Source: Calditrichia bacterium | GTDB lineage: Bacteria > Calditrichota > Calditrichia > RBG-13-44-9 > J075 | Length of the DNA: 64,000 nucleotides | NCBI GenBank assembly: GCA_050633245.1 | Contig: JBOEGD010000016.1 | Coordinates: 26,746-90,745, forward strand | Reading direction: 5' to 3' | Shown: positions 18,517-28,210 of the stretch, piece by piece | How the letters are laid out: each line of letters starts with the position of its first letter | How positions within the stretch are numbered: position 1 is the stretch's first letter | Position numbers and translations under genes: made by a program | Notes under the pieces: generated by a model | What the model saw: only the letters and a program-made list of their open reading frames with translations | Database searches by the model: none | Told to the model about the DNA's origin: nothing

Positions 18517-21177
18517 GTGTCAGGACGTTGTTTTAAGCACGCATGTCCCGAATTTGCTACGCTTTTTCTGGAATCATGTAACAAATTTGATACATTCGTG
18601 GATTTGACTTCCGGAACGCTTTCGGTATATTTTAAAAATCAAACTAATCCACGGATGCTACCAATGCGTTTAAAAGGCAATATGTATTCACATCACCTGG
18701 TCATACTATGGCTGACCATGTCGATTGCTCTGTCTGCATTTACAACCTGGATTATTTCACAGAAATCACAGCCATTCAATGTCAACGAGCTGGAGCACTT
18801 TGCCAGCAAGAAAAACAACAATCACTATTTCCACGATTTAGATCGCGACGGATACAGTGAGCGATTTCGCATATCAAATCGCCCCGAAAAGACTTCTCAT
18901 AATATTCTGGTGCGAGACTACGACTCACGCGTCATCGATCAGGCAAACTACCTGGAACCAATCACCAGAGAAGGACTGTATTTTGAAGACATTACGAGAG
19001 ATAACTTTGATGAAGTTTTTGCACTAACCTGGCAGGACGACTCGCTTTTTTTATACATCCACAACCTGCAAACGAAAAAGGCCATCCTGAACAGACAGCA
19101 TGTTGCAATGCCAATGGCAGATTCCGCAAAAGAACGCCAGGTCTATATCTTTTTTCCAATAATGCTTTCCGATGTCGATGGAAATGGCTCAGCCGAATTC
19201 GTTTTCGCTTTATTTGGTAATGACCGATCCACGCGATCGGTCTATGCCTGGGACTTCCATCAGGCAAAAATGATAAAGAGCTTTGCCACGCACGCTGCCT
19301 TTCAGCAGATAAGCCTAGTGGATATGAATGGAGATGGGGAGCAGGAAATCATTATCGCCTCCGGTGCCACCGGTAATTTTCATATCCCGGTTGACTATGG
19401 AGATCAGGAGGCCTGGCTCTTTGTGCTGACAAATAAGCTTGAATTACTTTTTCCGGCAAAGCGTTATATCGAATTCCCAGGACGCATTGCCGCCTCCCCG
19501 CTTTTCATTGGAGATAAAAGCCACATTCTGGTAAGTGAAGCTTATGCAGGCGTGCGTAACCGCGAGAACTTCTTTTACCTTCTGGATAAAAACGGAAACG
19601 TGATTCGTAAAAACCACTCTCCATTGCAATTGAGTCCATACATACAACCTCTGATAGATAATGCGCAAAATCCACCATCACTCTTTTCCAATACACGGGA
19701 CAAGACGTTGATAAAGTTTAATACTGATCTGAACATCGAAGCAAAATTTCGTCCAGCGGGCAAATACATCTTTCCCTTCCTGTTGCAGGATCTCGATAAT
19801 GATGGTCTCAAAGAGGTACTCGCATCAACCGGAGATGAGCTTTTAATCTTTGATAACAATCTGAAGCAGCTCACCAAATGGGATGGAAAAATTGAGCTGT
19901 TAAGCTGGTCTGTTCGCCATACCGGGCCCAATTCACCGGTTGAGTTGATGTTCCGCAGTCCGGATGAAAATTTACAATACCGCATTCAACTGGTAGCGAA
20001 TCCACTGTCCGCACCGGGAACTATTTTTCTTTTTTCGCTGTTGGCATTTGGCCTTTTATGCTGGCTGATCTATCGGGTTTATTTACACAGTTCAGTAAAG
20101 TATCGCGGCTACCGCAGCGCCTTCATGCAGCATGATGGAGCGGTCGGCATTTTTTCACCTGATTTTAAGATCATTCGTTTTAACGCGAACTTTCGCACCG
20201 TTTTTAAAATGCCTGCCGATTTTGCACGGTTTTCAAATCTGAGTAAATCAATGCGGCATCTTCCAGGTGTGGTCAATGCTCTGTTAGAGTGCGTTAAAAC
20301 CACACGAACACTAAGTTTGGAAGTAGCGCCTGACAATACTCAGAGTTTTCCAGGCGGAAAGTTGGTGGTGCGTCCATGGATCGCCTTTCGGCGATGGCCT
20401 TTACTCTATGCGCTGGAATTTCGCCCATCAGAATACTCAGGGAATGATGCACAAACCCAAATTTGGACCAGCTTTATCGCGGAACAAGGTCATACGGTAA
20501 AGAATAACATTGTAGCGCTTCGCAACTTCACCGCTGCCATATTAACGCGCTTGAATGAAAGTCCCGGAGACACGCCAAAAGAAGTATTTGAAGACCTGCA
20601 AAGCTTAAAGCGTAACATTGGTTTTACGATCTCAACGGCTCGGAAGCTGGTCGATTTTTCTCAATATCAACCGCCTGCATATCGCATGGCGGATATCAGC
20701 ATTCCGCTCAAAGAAGCAATCGAAGAATACCAGCGTCAGTTTGCGGCGGGCCCGATATTGGAATATCAAATTGCAGACAATGCCACTCATGCATATACCG
20801 ATGTACTGCATCTAAAGCAAGTTCTACGAGTCCTGTTGCAAAATAGCGCTCGGGAGGCCGGAGACAGCGGCCAGATACAACTTTCGGCACAGTACATCAG
20901 CAATCCTACAATGATTGCCGATTTGTGGGAAGTTGAGATTTGGGATAATGGTAATGGCATTGCACCGAAATCTTTGGAAAAAATATTTGACGCGAATTAC
21001 AGCACCGCCCCCGATGGTAACGGCATGGGTCTTGCTTATGTTAAGCTGATTGTAGAAAACAATCTCGGCAGCATTCGGGCAGAATCGAAGGTTGGTCATT
21101 TTACACGATTCATCGTCCGGCTTCCGGCAACACATGAGGCATTTATACGCTTGAAAGAGGCGGGCAATGAACACTAG
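18517..21177 (+). CDS. Sensor histidine kinase with extracytoplasmic FG-GAP/VCBS-like beta-propeller
   Basis: DxxxDG-type repeats (DLDRDGYSE, DVDGNGSAE, DMNGDGEQE, DLDNDGLKE) between two TM segments; H-box GHTVKN; N-box LLQNS; DNGNGI; GNGMGL. The true start is probably near 18655-18682. Confidence 0.85.
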   Translation: MSGRCFKHACPEFATLFLESCNKFDTFVDLTSGTLSVYFKNQTNPRMLPMRLKGNMYSHHLVILWLTMSIALSAFTTWIISQKSQPFNVNELEHFASKKNNNHYFHDLDRDGYSERFRISNRPEKTSHNILVRDYDSRVIDQANYLEPITREGLYFEDITRDNFDEVFALTWQDDSLFLYIHNLQTKKAILNRQHVAMPMADSAKERQVYIFFPIMLSDVDGNGSAEFVFALFGNDRSTRSVYAWDFHQAKMIKSFATHAAFQQISLVDMNGDGEQEIIIASGATGNFHIPVDYGDQEAWLFVLTNKLELLFPAKRYIEFPGRIAASPLFIGDKSHILVSEAYAGVRNRENFFYLLDKNGNVIRKNHSPLQLSPYIQPLIDNAQNPPSLFSNTRDKTLIKFNTDLNIEAKFRPAGKYIFPFLLQDLDNDGLKEVLASTGDELLIFDNNLKQLTKWDGKIELLSWSVRHTGPNSPVELMFRSPDENLQYRIQLVANPLSAPGTIFLFSLLAFGLLCWLIYRVYLHSSVKYRGYRSAFMQHDGAVGIFSPDFKIIRFNANFRTVFKMPADFARFSNLSKSMRHLPGVVNALLECVKTTRTLSLEVAPDNTQSFPGGKLVVRPWIAFRRWPLLYALEFRPSEYSGNDAQTQIWTSFIAEQGHTVKNNIVALRNFTAAILTRLNESPGDTPKEVFEDLQSLKRNIGFTISTARKLVDFSQYQPPAYRMADISIPLKEAIEEYQRQFAAGPILEYQIADNATHAYTDVLHLKQVLRVLLQNSAREAGDSGQIQLSAQYISNPTMIADLWEVEIWDNGNGIAPKSLEKIFDANYSTAPDGNGMGLAYVKLIVENNLGSIRAESKVGHFTRFIVRLPATHEAFIRLKEAGNEH

Positions 21178-22540
21178 CGTATTGATAATTGATGATAATC
21201 GCGTTTACCTGGAAAGCATTCAGGCCTTTCTAAAGGCAAGACGCGTTCAGGTAGACATCCTGCAAAATCCACTGCATCTGGAAGCAAAGCTGCACCGCAG
21301 CAGCTACCACTGCATTGTATTAGACCTCGTGATGCCGGGTATGGATGGCGAGAAGACGCTGGAGCTGGTTCAAAAGATCGCTCCGGAAATTCCAGTTGTT
21401 CTCAACTCCGGCGCCAGTAATATTGAAACCGCAGTACGCTGCATTAAAAAAGGTGCATTTCATTTCATCGAGAAAAGTGAATCTCCCGAAAGTTTACTAC
21501 AACTTATTCATCTGGCGCAGCGCCAATACCGCCGTACCTATGAAGAAATTGAGGCTTATCGGTTAATCGGCTCCTCAAAGTCGATGGAAAAACTACGTGG
21601 TGATATCAACAAAGTAGCAGACAGCAGCGCAACGGTTTTAATTCTGGGAGAAAGTGGCACCGGCAAGGAACATGTTGCTGGTCTGCTTCATTATCTTAGC
21701 AGCCGGGCCAACGAGCCATTTGTTACACTCAACTGCGCAGCGATTTCCGAGAATCTGATTGAGAGTGAGCTATTCGGACACGTGAAAGGTGCATTTACCG
21801 GTGCCATCCGCGATCAGGATGGAGCATTTATTGCGGCTCATGGCGGGACACTGTTTTTGGATGAGATCGGCGATTTGCCTCAAAGTGCTCAGACCAAGCT
21901 GCTACGCGTGTTAGGTAGCGGAGAGATAAAACGAGTCGGCGACGCTCAAACGCGTACCGTTGACGTGCGAATTGTTGCTGCTACCAATCAGGATCTTAGT
22001 GAGTTAATTCGAGCCGGTACATTTCGTGAAGAGCTTTTCTATCGCCTGAACCAGCTGGTATTACGCACTCCACCACTCCGTGATCATCCCGAAGACATCC
22101 CCGAACTTTCTGAACATTTTCTGCCGGTGGCGAATCGCAAGAACAATCGTTACGTGGCAGCCTTCGCTAAAGACGCAATGTATTTCATACTCAGATATCG
22201 TTGGCCCGGAAATGTAAGGCAGCTACAGAGCGTTATTCTTCGCGCGGTGGCATTTGCCGAGGGAAATGAGATAACGCAGCAGGATGTTTCTGATGCCTTG
22301 GAAGTTACGGAGAACTCACGTAGCAGCAGCCCAAATCAAGAACAAGCCAAGCCAATAGACGTTCAGCCAATGGAAGAAGCGGTTAATGAGTTTCAGCGTC
22401 AGTACGTTATCGCTGCCCTCTATGCCTGTGGCGGCCGCAAAGGTGAAACTGCCGAGAAACTGGGACTAAGTCGGCAGACATTCTATCGGTTGATGGAGAA
22501 GCTGGACCTTAGTAACACCGATTTTAAGCCGGGTAATTGA
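21167..22540 (+). CDS. NtrC-family sigma54-dependent response regulator
   Basis: REC domain (IIDD, LDLVMP), GESGTGKE, GAFTGA, LFLDEIG, C-terminal Fis HTH. Confidence 0.93.
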   Translation: MNTSVLIIDDNRVYLESIQAFLKARRVQVDILQNPLHLEAKLHRSSYHCIVLDLVMPGMDGEKTLELVQKIAPEIPVVLNSGASNIETAVRCIKKGAFHFIEKSESPESLLQLIHLAQRQYRRTYEEIEAYRLIGSSKSMEKLRGDINKVADSSATVLILGESGTGKEHVAGLLHYLSSRANEPFVTLNCAAISENLIESELFGHVKGAFTGAIRDQDGAFIAAHGGTLFLDEIGDLPQSAQTKLLRVLGSGEIKRVGDAQTRTVDVRIVAATNQDLSELIRAGTFREELFYRLNQLVLRTPPLRDHPEDIPELSEHFLPVANRKNNRYVAAFAKDAMYFILRYRWPGNVRQLQSVILRAVAFAEGNEITQQDVSDALEVTENSRSSSPNQEQAKPIDVQPMEEAVNEFQRQYVIAALYACGGRKGETAEKLGLSRQTFYRLMEKLDLSNTDFKPGN

Positions 22541-22694
22541 TGATGTTACGCACTTCACTAGGCAAGAAGGCTTGTCTTGTAAGGAATACGTCAGTTTAAA
22601 AACATGTGCCATTATTGAAAAAAGTATCCGAGGCACCAGAGATTTGAATCTCCGATGCCCCGTTGTCTAACCTGTCCCATTGTCTGAAGACAGC

Positions 22695-25343
22695 TTATTT
22701 AAAAAAGCGATAGGTGGCTTTAATCAAGAATGTGTTTTCAGGTCGTTTCTTAATAATTTGTTCTCTGAAGCGATTTGCAAGGCCTGAACCCGGTGTGGAA
22801 TAGTCATTAATTCCCTGCGACCACACCAGAAAGATTGCTGAGCCCGGACGATATTCGTAGCGCACCACCAAATTCGACCTGAACTGTGCAAAGGAAAAGT
22901 CCAGATCATTAAACGAGTAGTCGGCGGTGCCATTGCGATCTTCATCAACCTGAAAACCACCATTTGCTGCGCTGGTTAATTGAGCATCATCATACCTAAC
23001 CAGCTGTTCACGCTCGCTATCTGCAAGTGGATTTTGCACGTAGCTATAGCGATCATATTCGCCGCTCGAAAGATAAACCTCACCATAATATTGGATGGAC
23101 AGCGTTGAACTTTGCGCATAATTTAACCTAAGCGATGTGCTAAAGGTCTCTTGACTGAGCTTTGCGGTCAAGTAGCGAGCATCTCCCTGGAAGTTTGCTT
23201 GCCCAATATATTGCAAACGATTATCAGTTGTTACATAACGAGGCGATAAAGACAGACGAAGTTGATTTATCGGTTGATACGTCACGGTTAACCAATTCTC
23301 CAGAAGACGATAAGCATCTTCGCCACCGCGTTTCGTCCAGCCGTAGAGGTAGGCGTAGAACTTGCGCCTTCTGTCCGAACCGACCTCCCACCATAATCCT
23401 CGCTGATCCGGAAGCCGGATTCTTGGTCCACCGCGTAAAATAGATTTAGAATAGATATGCGGTTGGATAAAAAGGCCAAGCGTGGAAAACCAGTTGTTCT
23501 TAAAGACAGAATTTATATCGATATCCCAATCGTGATAGTTATGGTTTCCTTCAAAATCCCAGGTATACCAGTGATTGTATCCTATCGTAGCGCTGCGAAA
23601 GAGACTGAAGGGCCGAAGCGAACTATAGGTCGCTCCCATATAGTTTTGAATATCATCAGCCTCCCGTAAAAAGCCAATGTCATTTAACTCCAGGCCTGGT
23701 GATCGCCAGGTCAAACCCGTTTCAAACTTCACATGTCCTTTACCAGCCTTGCCGACTTTCAGATCGCCTCCATGTCCGCTCAGCGATGTTTTAGTCGAAT
23801 CGACTGACACATGCCCCGCATCTACCCGCTGATACAGTCGTCTTAAGGAAGTCTGTGTATTTAGTATAGATTCTTTAGTGCCGGCAACGCGACTAAAAAC
23901 CAGATTATTGTCTACATACCAACTTCGATCATTCCATTGATGCTTAAAATCTAAACCACCGGTTAAAGCAGATTTATGAAGAAAGCTTACGTTCTCATTA
24001 TTGTCACGAACGACTGAAGTGATGATACCGCCGATATAGGTATTTTTGTTGTTTAAGTCCTGCTGTGCTCTTCCTACAAAATAGTTTGTTAACGGTTCAA
24101 CCACAACCTCATCAACGCCATCAGTTCCGCTTATCTCGGCGTATTCGGTTCCGGTAACACTTTCCATTAATCCCAGAGATAATCCACTTTTGGTCTTACC
24201 ACTCAGCTTAACAGCACCTAAAATAGTCGTTCGTGCAGGCATATTAATAAAGCCATCACCATTTGTTTGCACACTCCCCTGCGGCGCCCGTCCAATTCTG
24301 CGGGAATAGAACAAATTATCGCTGCTGAACGGCCCACCAACTATCGCGGTAGAAAATCTATAGTCAAAAATGTTTTTGTTTTCGACAAAAAATGGCCGTC
24401 GTTCATTGAAGAACAATTGAAATCCATCGAGCGCAATCGCTGCCGGGTCAGCCTCGACCTGCCCAAAATCTGGATTTGCAGTAAAGTCCAGCGTTAGATT
24501 ATTGGTAATGCTGAATTTTCCATCCACTCCAAACTCAACAGACTTAATGCTTGAATCCCGAAAGGGATTTTGCGGAACGGTTTCAAATGTATTAAGTGAA
24601 TTCACAATAAACGGCTGAATCTCCAGATGCTTTTCGGCACTAAGGTCGTTTAAGCCGGTAAGCTCACCAAATTCGCTCACCCAACCTGCTGCGTCCAGCG
24701 GCACGCGCTGCCAGACGGAGAGTTCTTCATTACGCGAAAGTCGCCTCACAATTTGCAGTCCCCATGTCAGACCATCGCTCGCGCTAAAACGAAGCTGGCT
24801 GAGTGGAATTTTCATCTCGGATGTCCATCCTTCCTCAGAAATATTGCTTCCCGAGTACCACACCGGATTCCAGGTATCATCTTCCTGACTACCGTTTAAC
24901 AAAATCTTTTTATCTCCCTGCACACCTGCAGCAGAGAGAGTGAACGAAAAAGCAGTTCGCAGATCATGGTCACTGTCAAAAAGTACCTCTACCCAATCTC
25001 CTTCAGCTCCATCTCTGCGTGTCATACGTCGGTTTATTTTATCCGGCTCTGCATCGAAGCACTTAATTCCGATGTACAAAAACTCGGGATCGTAAATAAT
25101 TTTGAATGTCGTTTGCTCGTCGGGCTCGGCATTTTCATTTGGTTCGCGCTGAATAAAACGTTGCCCCCACCCCTCTCCTGACCAAACCTCTTCATCGAGT
25201 TTGCCATCGATAACCGGAACCTGTTGCGCATCAATCTGCTGCGTTGAATACGCGCGTTTTTCGATTTCCAATTCCTGGGAGAACCCACTGAGTGACATCA
25301 GCAGGAAGACAACCGGATATAGTAAAACTCGCTTTAAACACAT
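22695..25343 (-). CDS. CBM9-like sugar-binding domain plus DUF5916 outer-membrane protein
   Basis: 'IDGKLDEEVW', 'EMKIPLSQLRF', 'LDFTANPDFGQVEAD', 'FFNERRPFF.E', 'LFYSRRIG'. Confidence 0.85.
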   Translation of the reverse strand: MCLKRVLLYPVVFLLMSLSGFSQELEIEKRAYSTQQIDAQQVPVIDGKLDEEVWSGEGWGQRFIQREPNENAEPDEQTTFKIIYDPEFLYIGIKCFDAEPDKINRRMTRRDGAEGDWVEVLFDSDHDLRTAFSFTLSAAGVQGDKKILLNGSQEDDTWNPVWYSGSNISEEGWTSEMKIPLSQLRFSASDGLTWGLQIVRRLSRNEELSVWQRVPLDAAGWVSEFGELTGLNDLSAEKHLEIQPFIVNSLNTFETVPQNPFRDSSIKSVEFGVDGKFSITNNLTLDFTANPDFGQVEADPAAIALDGFQLFFNERRPFFVENKNIFDYRFSTAIVGGPFSSDNLFYSRRIGRAPQGSVQTNGDGFINMPARTTILGAVKLSGKTKSGLSLGLMESVTGTEYAEISGTDGVDEVVVEPLTNYFVGRAQQDLNNKNTYIGGIITSVVRDNNENVSFLHKSALTGGLDFKHQWNDRSWYVDNNLVFSRVAGTKESILNTQTSLRRLYQRVDAGHVSVDSTKTSLSGHGGDLKVGKAGKGHVKFETGLTWRSPGLELNDIGFLREADDIQNYMGATYSSLRPFSLFRSATIGYNHWYTWDFEGNHNYHDWDIDINSVFKNNWFSTLGLFIQPHIYSKSILRGGPRIRLPDQRGLWWEVGSDRRRKFYAYLYGWTKRGGEDAYRLLENWLTVTYQPINQLRLSLSPRYVTTDNRLQYIGQANFQGDARYLTAKLSQETFSTSLRLNYAQSSTLSIQYYGEVYLSSGEYDRYSYVQNPLADSEREQLVRYDDAQLTSAANGGFQVDEDRNGTADYSFNDLDFSFAQFRSNLVVRYEYRPGSAIFLVWSQGINDYSTPGSGLANRFREQIIKKRPENTFLIKATYRFFK

Positions 25344-25497
25344 AGCACATCTCTCCTATACAATGGTTAAATATGTTATTGCCTTTCTCAACTTTTGAAA
25401 TATACAGGGCTTTTGGGGCGCTGAAATTGAATAGGTTTGACGGCTTAACTGAAATAATTTCAAGTAACTTTTTCATAAATGCGCTTATATTTGATCC

Positions 25498-26388
25498 ATG
25501 GAACTAAAATACTTCAAACTGATAAAGACCATTGCCGAAGAAGGTAATATCGCCAATTCATCGGAACGGCTCTTCCTTACGCAGTCGGCATTAAGCCATC
25601 AGCTGCGTGAGATTGAAGAGCGACTCGGGTTTAAGGTGTTTCATCGCAGTCGTAACAAGTGGCAGCTGACTCAGGAGGGCTCGGAGCTCTACAAGCTGGC
25701 TAATAATCTGCTAAGTGCGATTGAAGAAGGCTTCAGCAATATCCAGCAGATTAAGCAGGGTTCGAAGGGGTCTATAAAGCTAAATGCGGAGTGCCATTCC
25801 TTTTTTCGCGGCCTCCCGGCGTTTGTTCAAAAGATGGCGGTGTTGTATCCGGAAATTGAGATCGATTTGAATCTTGGGACAACTCACCAAACCATTTCCG
25901 AGCTTCTGTCAGGTGAAATCGATATTGCCATTCTCAGCTCGAAACCGAGTGGAGAAACACTGACCAGTATTGAAGTATTTAGAGATGAGATTTTTGCAGT
26001 GATGCACAAGGAGAGCTATTACAAGAACGTGGACTATCTGGAAGCGAGTCACTTTTCCGATCTGCATCTGATCATCAATTCCTTCCCACTGGAGGGCGTT
26101 GCCGTTTATGAACATTTCTTACGACCCAACAAGATAACCCCCGGCAAGATAACCGCTATCCCCTTTACGGAAATCACGCTGGAAATGGTGAATGCCAATA
26201 TGGGAGTTATGTGTTCGCCCAAATGGGCATTGAAGACCTTTAAGCTTCCGGAAGATTTGGTGTACAAACACATTGGCGAGAATGGCTTAAAACGTACGCA
26301 CTATCTGGTTGTAAAAGAAGAGAATCGGAAGAAGCGCTATATCAGGGATTTTATTGCTACGTTTGAGGAAGATTTTCTGGATAAGTAA
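25498..26388 (+). CDS. LysR-family transcriptional regulator (MetR-like), divergent from the DUF5916 gene
   Basis: HTH 'LFLTQSALSHQLREIEERLG', 'ECHS'. Confidence 0.92.
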   Translation: MELKYFKLIKTIAEEGNIANSSERLFLTQSALSHQLREIEERLGFKVFHRSRNKWQLTQEGSELYKLANNLLSAIEEGFSNIQQIKQGSKGSIKLNAECHSFFRGLPAFVQKMAVLYPEIEIDLNLGTTHQTISELLSGEIDIAILSSKPSGETLTSIEVFRDEIFAVMHKESYYKNVDYLEASHFSDLHLIINSFPLEGVAVYEHFLRPNKITPGKITAIPFTEITLEMVNANMGVMCSPKWALKTFKLPEDLVYKHIGENGLKRTHYLVVKEENRKKRYIRDFIATFEEDFLDK

Positions 26389-26559
26389 GATCCAGCCAGG
26401 GCAGGTCAACTCACTTAACGACTCTCGTGATAGCCAGTCCAATATTCGCAGCTGCGGACAGTATACTGCCAGCGGTAGGGCAAATAAACAATGATTAGCT
26501 CTCCATCATAATTTCTTCTATTTGTCCATCTTCATCTTCTTTTGTTTCAAATGCGCTTT

Positions 26560-27741
26560 TTATGGCTGAGCAGCTTCTTCTCGCTTTTTTACTACTTCCT
26601 GGTTAGCGCTCATTTTTTCTACCTTTTCCTTCTTTTCTTTCTTCTCCCTCGGCAACCAACCCAACCCTTTGGCATGTAAACTTTGAATATAGAGACGATC
26701 TTCAGTCTCGGTTACTGCAGTCGTTTCAGGATATTGCCCGGTTGGGTCCTGTAGATCAGAGACGATAATACCATCTTCAGTAAACGCAATGACATGTCCA
26801 TAAGCTTTGGGAACCGGCCAAAGTGCTCGCGGGAGGCGCAGAATCACCTTGCGCAGGAATGGTTTATCGGCCAGCATATCTACAATCGGACTGCGCGGCT
26901 TGGCAAACCCCAGCCAGATTTTTCCGTCCGTTCCGCGTAGCAGATTGTCAGGGTAACCCGGCAAATTGTCAAGTAAGATGCTGGCCAGGTTGCTATCCGT
27001 GTTTACATCAACGTTTTCGGCTGAGACGGCTACTTTCCAGACACGATATCTGCCGGTCTCATTTACAAACAGTGTTTTTTCGTCATCGCTGAGTGCTACG
27101 CCATTGGCAAAGCTGAATCCACTTGCCACAATACGGATAGACTTTGTTTGTGGATTGTATCGGAGAATTCGCCCGCTGGCAGACTGTTCGATAATATCGA
27201 GCACACTGGCCTCAAACGTGCCGCCCCAAAGTCTGGGGGCAAAACGGGTAGATGCTTCACTGAAATAGATCATGCTGTCGCTCGCTACCACGACTGAATT
27301 GGCGTAACAAACTGGCTTTCCATTAATCGCATGTACAAGCACCTCAATAAATCCACCCGGGCTAATAGATAACAAGCCTTTAACTGCATCAGCAGCGATC
27401 AGATAGCCAGCAGCATCAAAATCGAATCCTAAAACGCGTCCTTCGGTATTTACAAACACTTCCAGTTCACTGCCATCGGGCTTCATGCGCAAGATATTAC
27501 CACTCGCTACCGCCATGTATAGCAAGCTATCCGGACCAAGAACCACATGTTCCGGGCCCTCTCCTCCGTCCAATGGAATAATGTTTAAGTCATTGAGTTT
27601 TTGGTTAACAGCATGTGGCCCAACATATCCGGGGGCCTCCGGAGCATTCCAGCTCACTGGTTCTGCCGGTACCGGCCAGAAACAGAGCCAGGCGACAATG
27701 ACAAACGAAAGCAATAGCAGACTTCGAGTCAGCTTTTTCAT
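26560..27741 (-). CDS. Strictosidine synthase-like / SMP-30 beta-propeller enzyme
   Basis: 'GPEHV', 'GRVLGF', 'DAVKGLL', 'FANGVALS', 'NLPGYPDN'; N-terminal anchor. Confidence 0.85.
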   Translation of the reverse strand: MKKLTRSLLLLSFVIVAWLCFWPVPAEPVSWNAPEAPGYVGPHAVNQKLNDLNIIPLDGGEGPEHVVLGPDSLLYMAVASGNILRMKPDGSELEVFVNTEGRVLGFDFDAAGYLIAADAVKGLLSISPGGFIEVLVHAINGKPVCYANSVVVASDSMIYFSEASTRFAPRLWGGTFEASVLDIIEQSASGRILRYNPQTKSIRIVASGFSFANGVALSDDEKTLFVNETGRYRVWKVAVSAENVDVNTDSNLASILLDNLPGYPDNLLRGTDGKIWLGFAKPRSPIVDMLADKPFLRKVILRLPRALWPVPKAYGHVIAFTEDGIIVSDLQDPTGQYPETTAVTETEDRLYIQSLHAKGLGWLPREKKEKKEKVEKMSANQEVVKKREEAAQP

Positions 27742-27840
27742 AGACAGCCTCAGAAATTTATTCTCTGCGTTGAAGGATAGATTTGTTGAAGATATCGATC
27801 TTTGAGGGAATAGGAAAATCGGCAGGTTACGTGCGGATAG

Positions 27841-28209
27841 TTATCTGTTTCCGGTTTGCCAATCATATAGTTTACCATCACGGATGTCAGCACGAAAATA
27901 CGCTGCCACATGCCAGCGATGGTCGGGATTATGATACCAGTCCAAATGATCAGCGCTTACACCAGTTGGAGGGCCCAGCACCGCTTCAGCGTCTGCGCGG
28001 GACATTCCGTCATGCAGCGTTCCATTGTCGATCAAAGCCTTGCGTTCAAGAAAACTGCTCGGCGTGCCGTACGGCCAGCCTTCGGTCACTAGCACTTTTT
28101 CTGACGTGTCTGTTGCTGCTTTTGCAGACTTGGCCTGCTGTTTGTCAGTATGATTACAGCCTGTAATTATGATTGACAGGACAATCGATAGTACCATTGC
28201 TCTAATCAC
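27841..28209 (-). CDS. Small lipoprotein (SmpA/BamE-like 'GMS..DAEAVLGPP' motif)
   Basis: Lipobox IITGC. GTG 28209 lies just after the CHAT gene stop, with GAGGA upstream (ATG 28227 or 28197 are alternatives). Confidence 0.65.
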   Translation of the reverse strand: MIRAMVLSIVLSIIITGCNHTDKQQAKSAKAATDTSEKVLVTEGWPYGTPSSFLERKALIDNGTLHDGMSRADAEAVLGPPTGVSADHLDWYHNPDHRWHVAAYFRADIRDGKLYDWQTGNR

Positions 28210-28210
28210 T

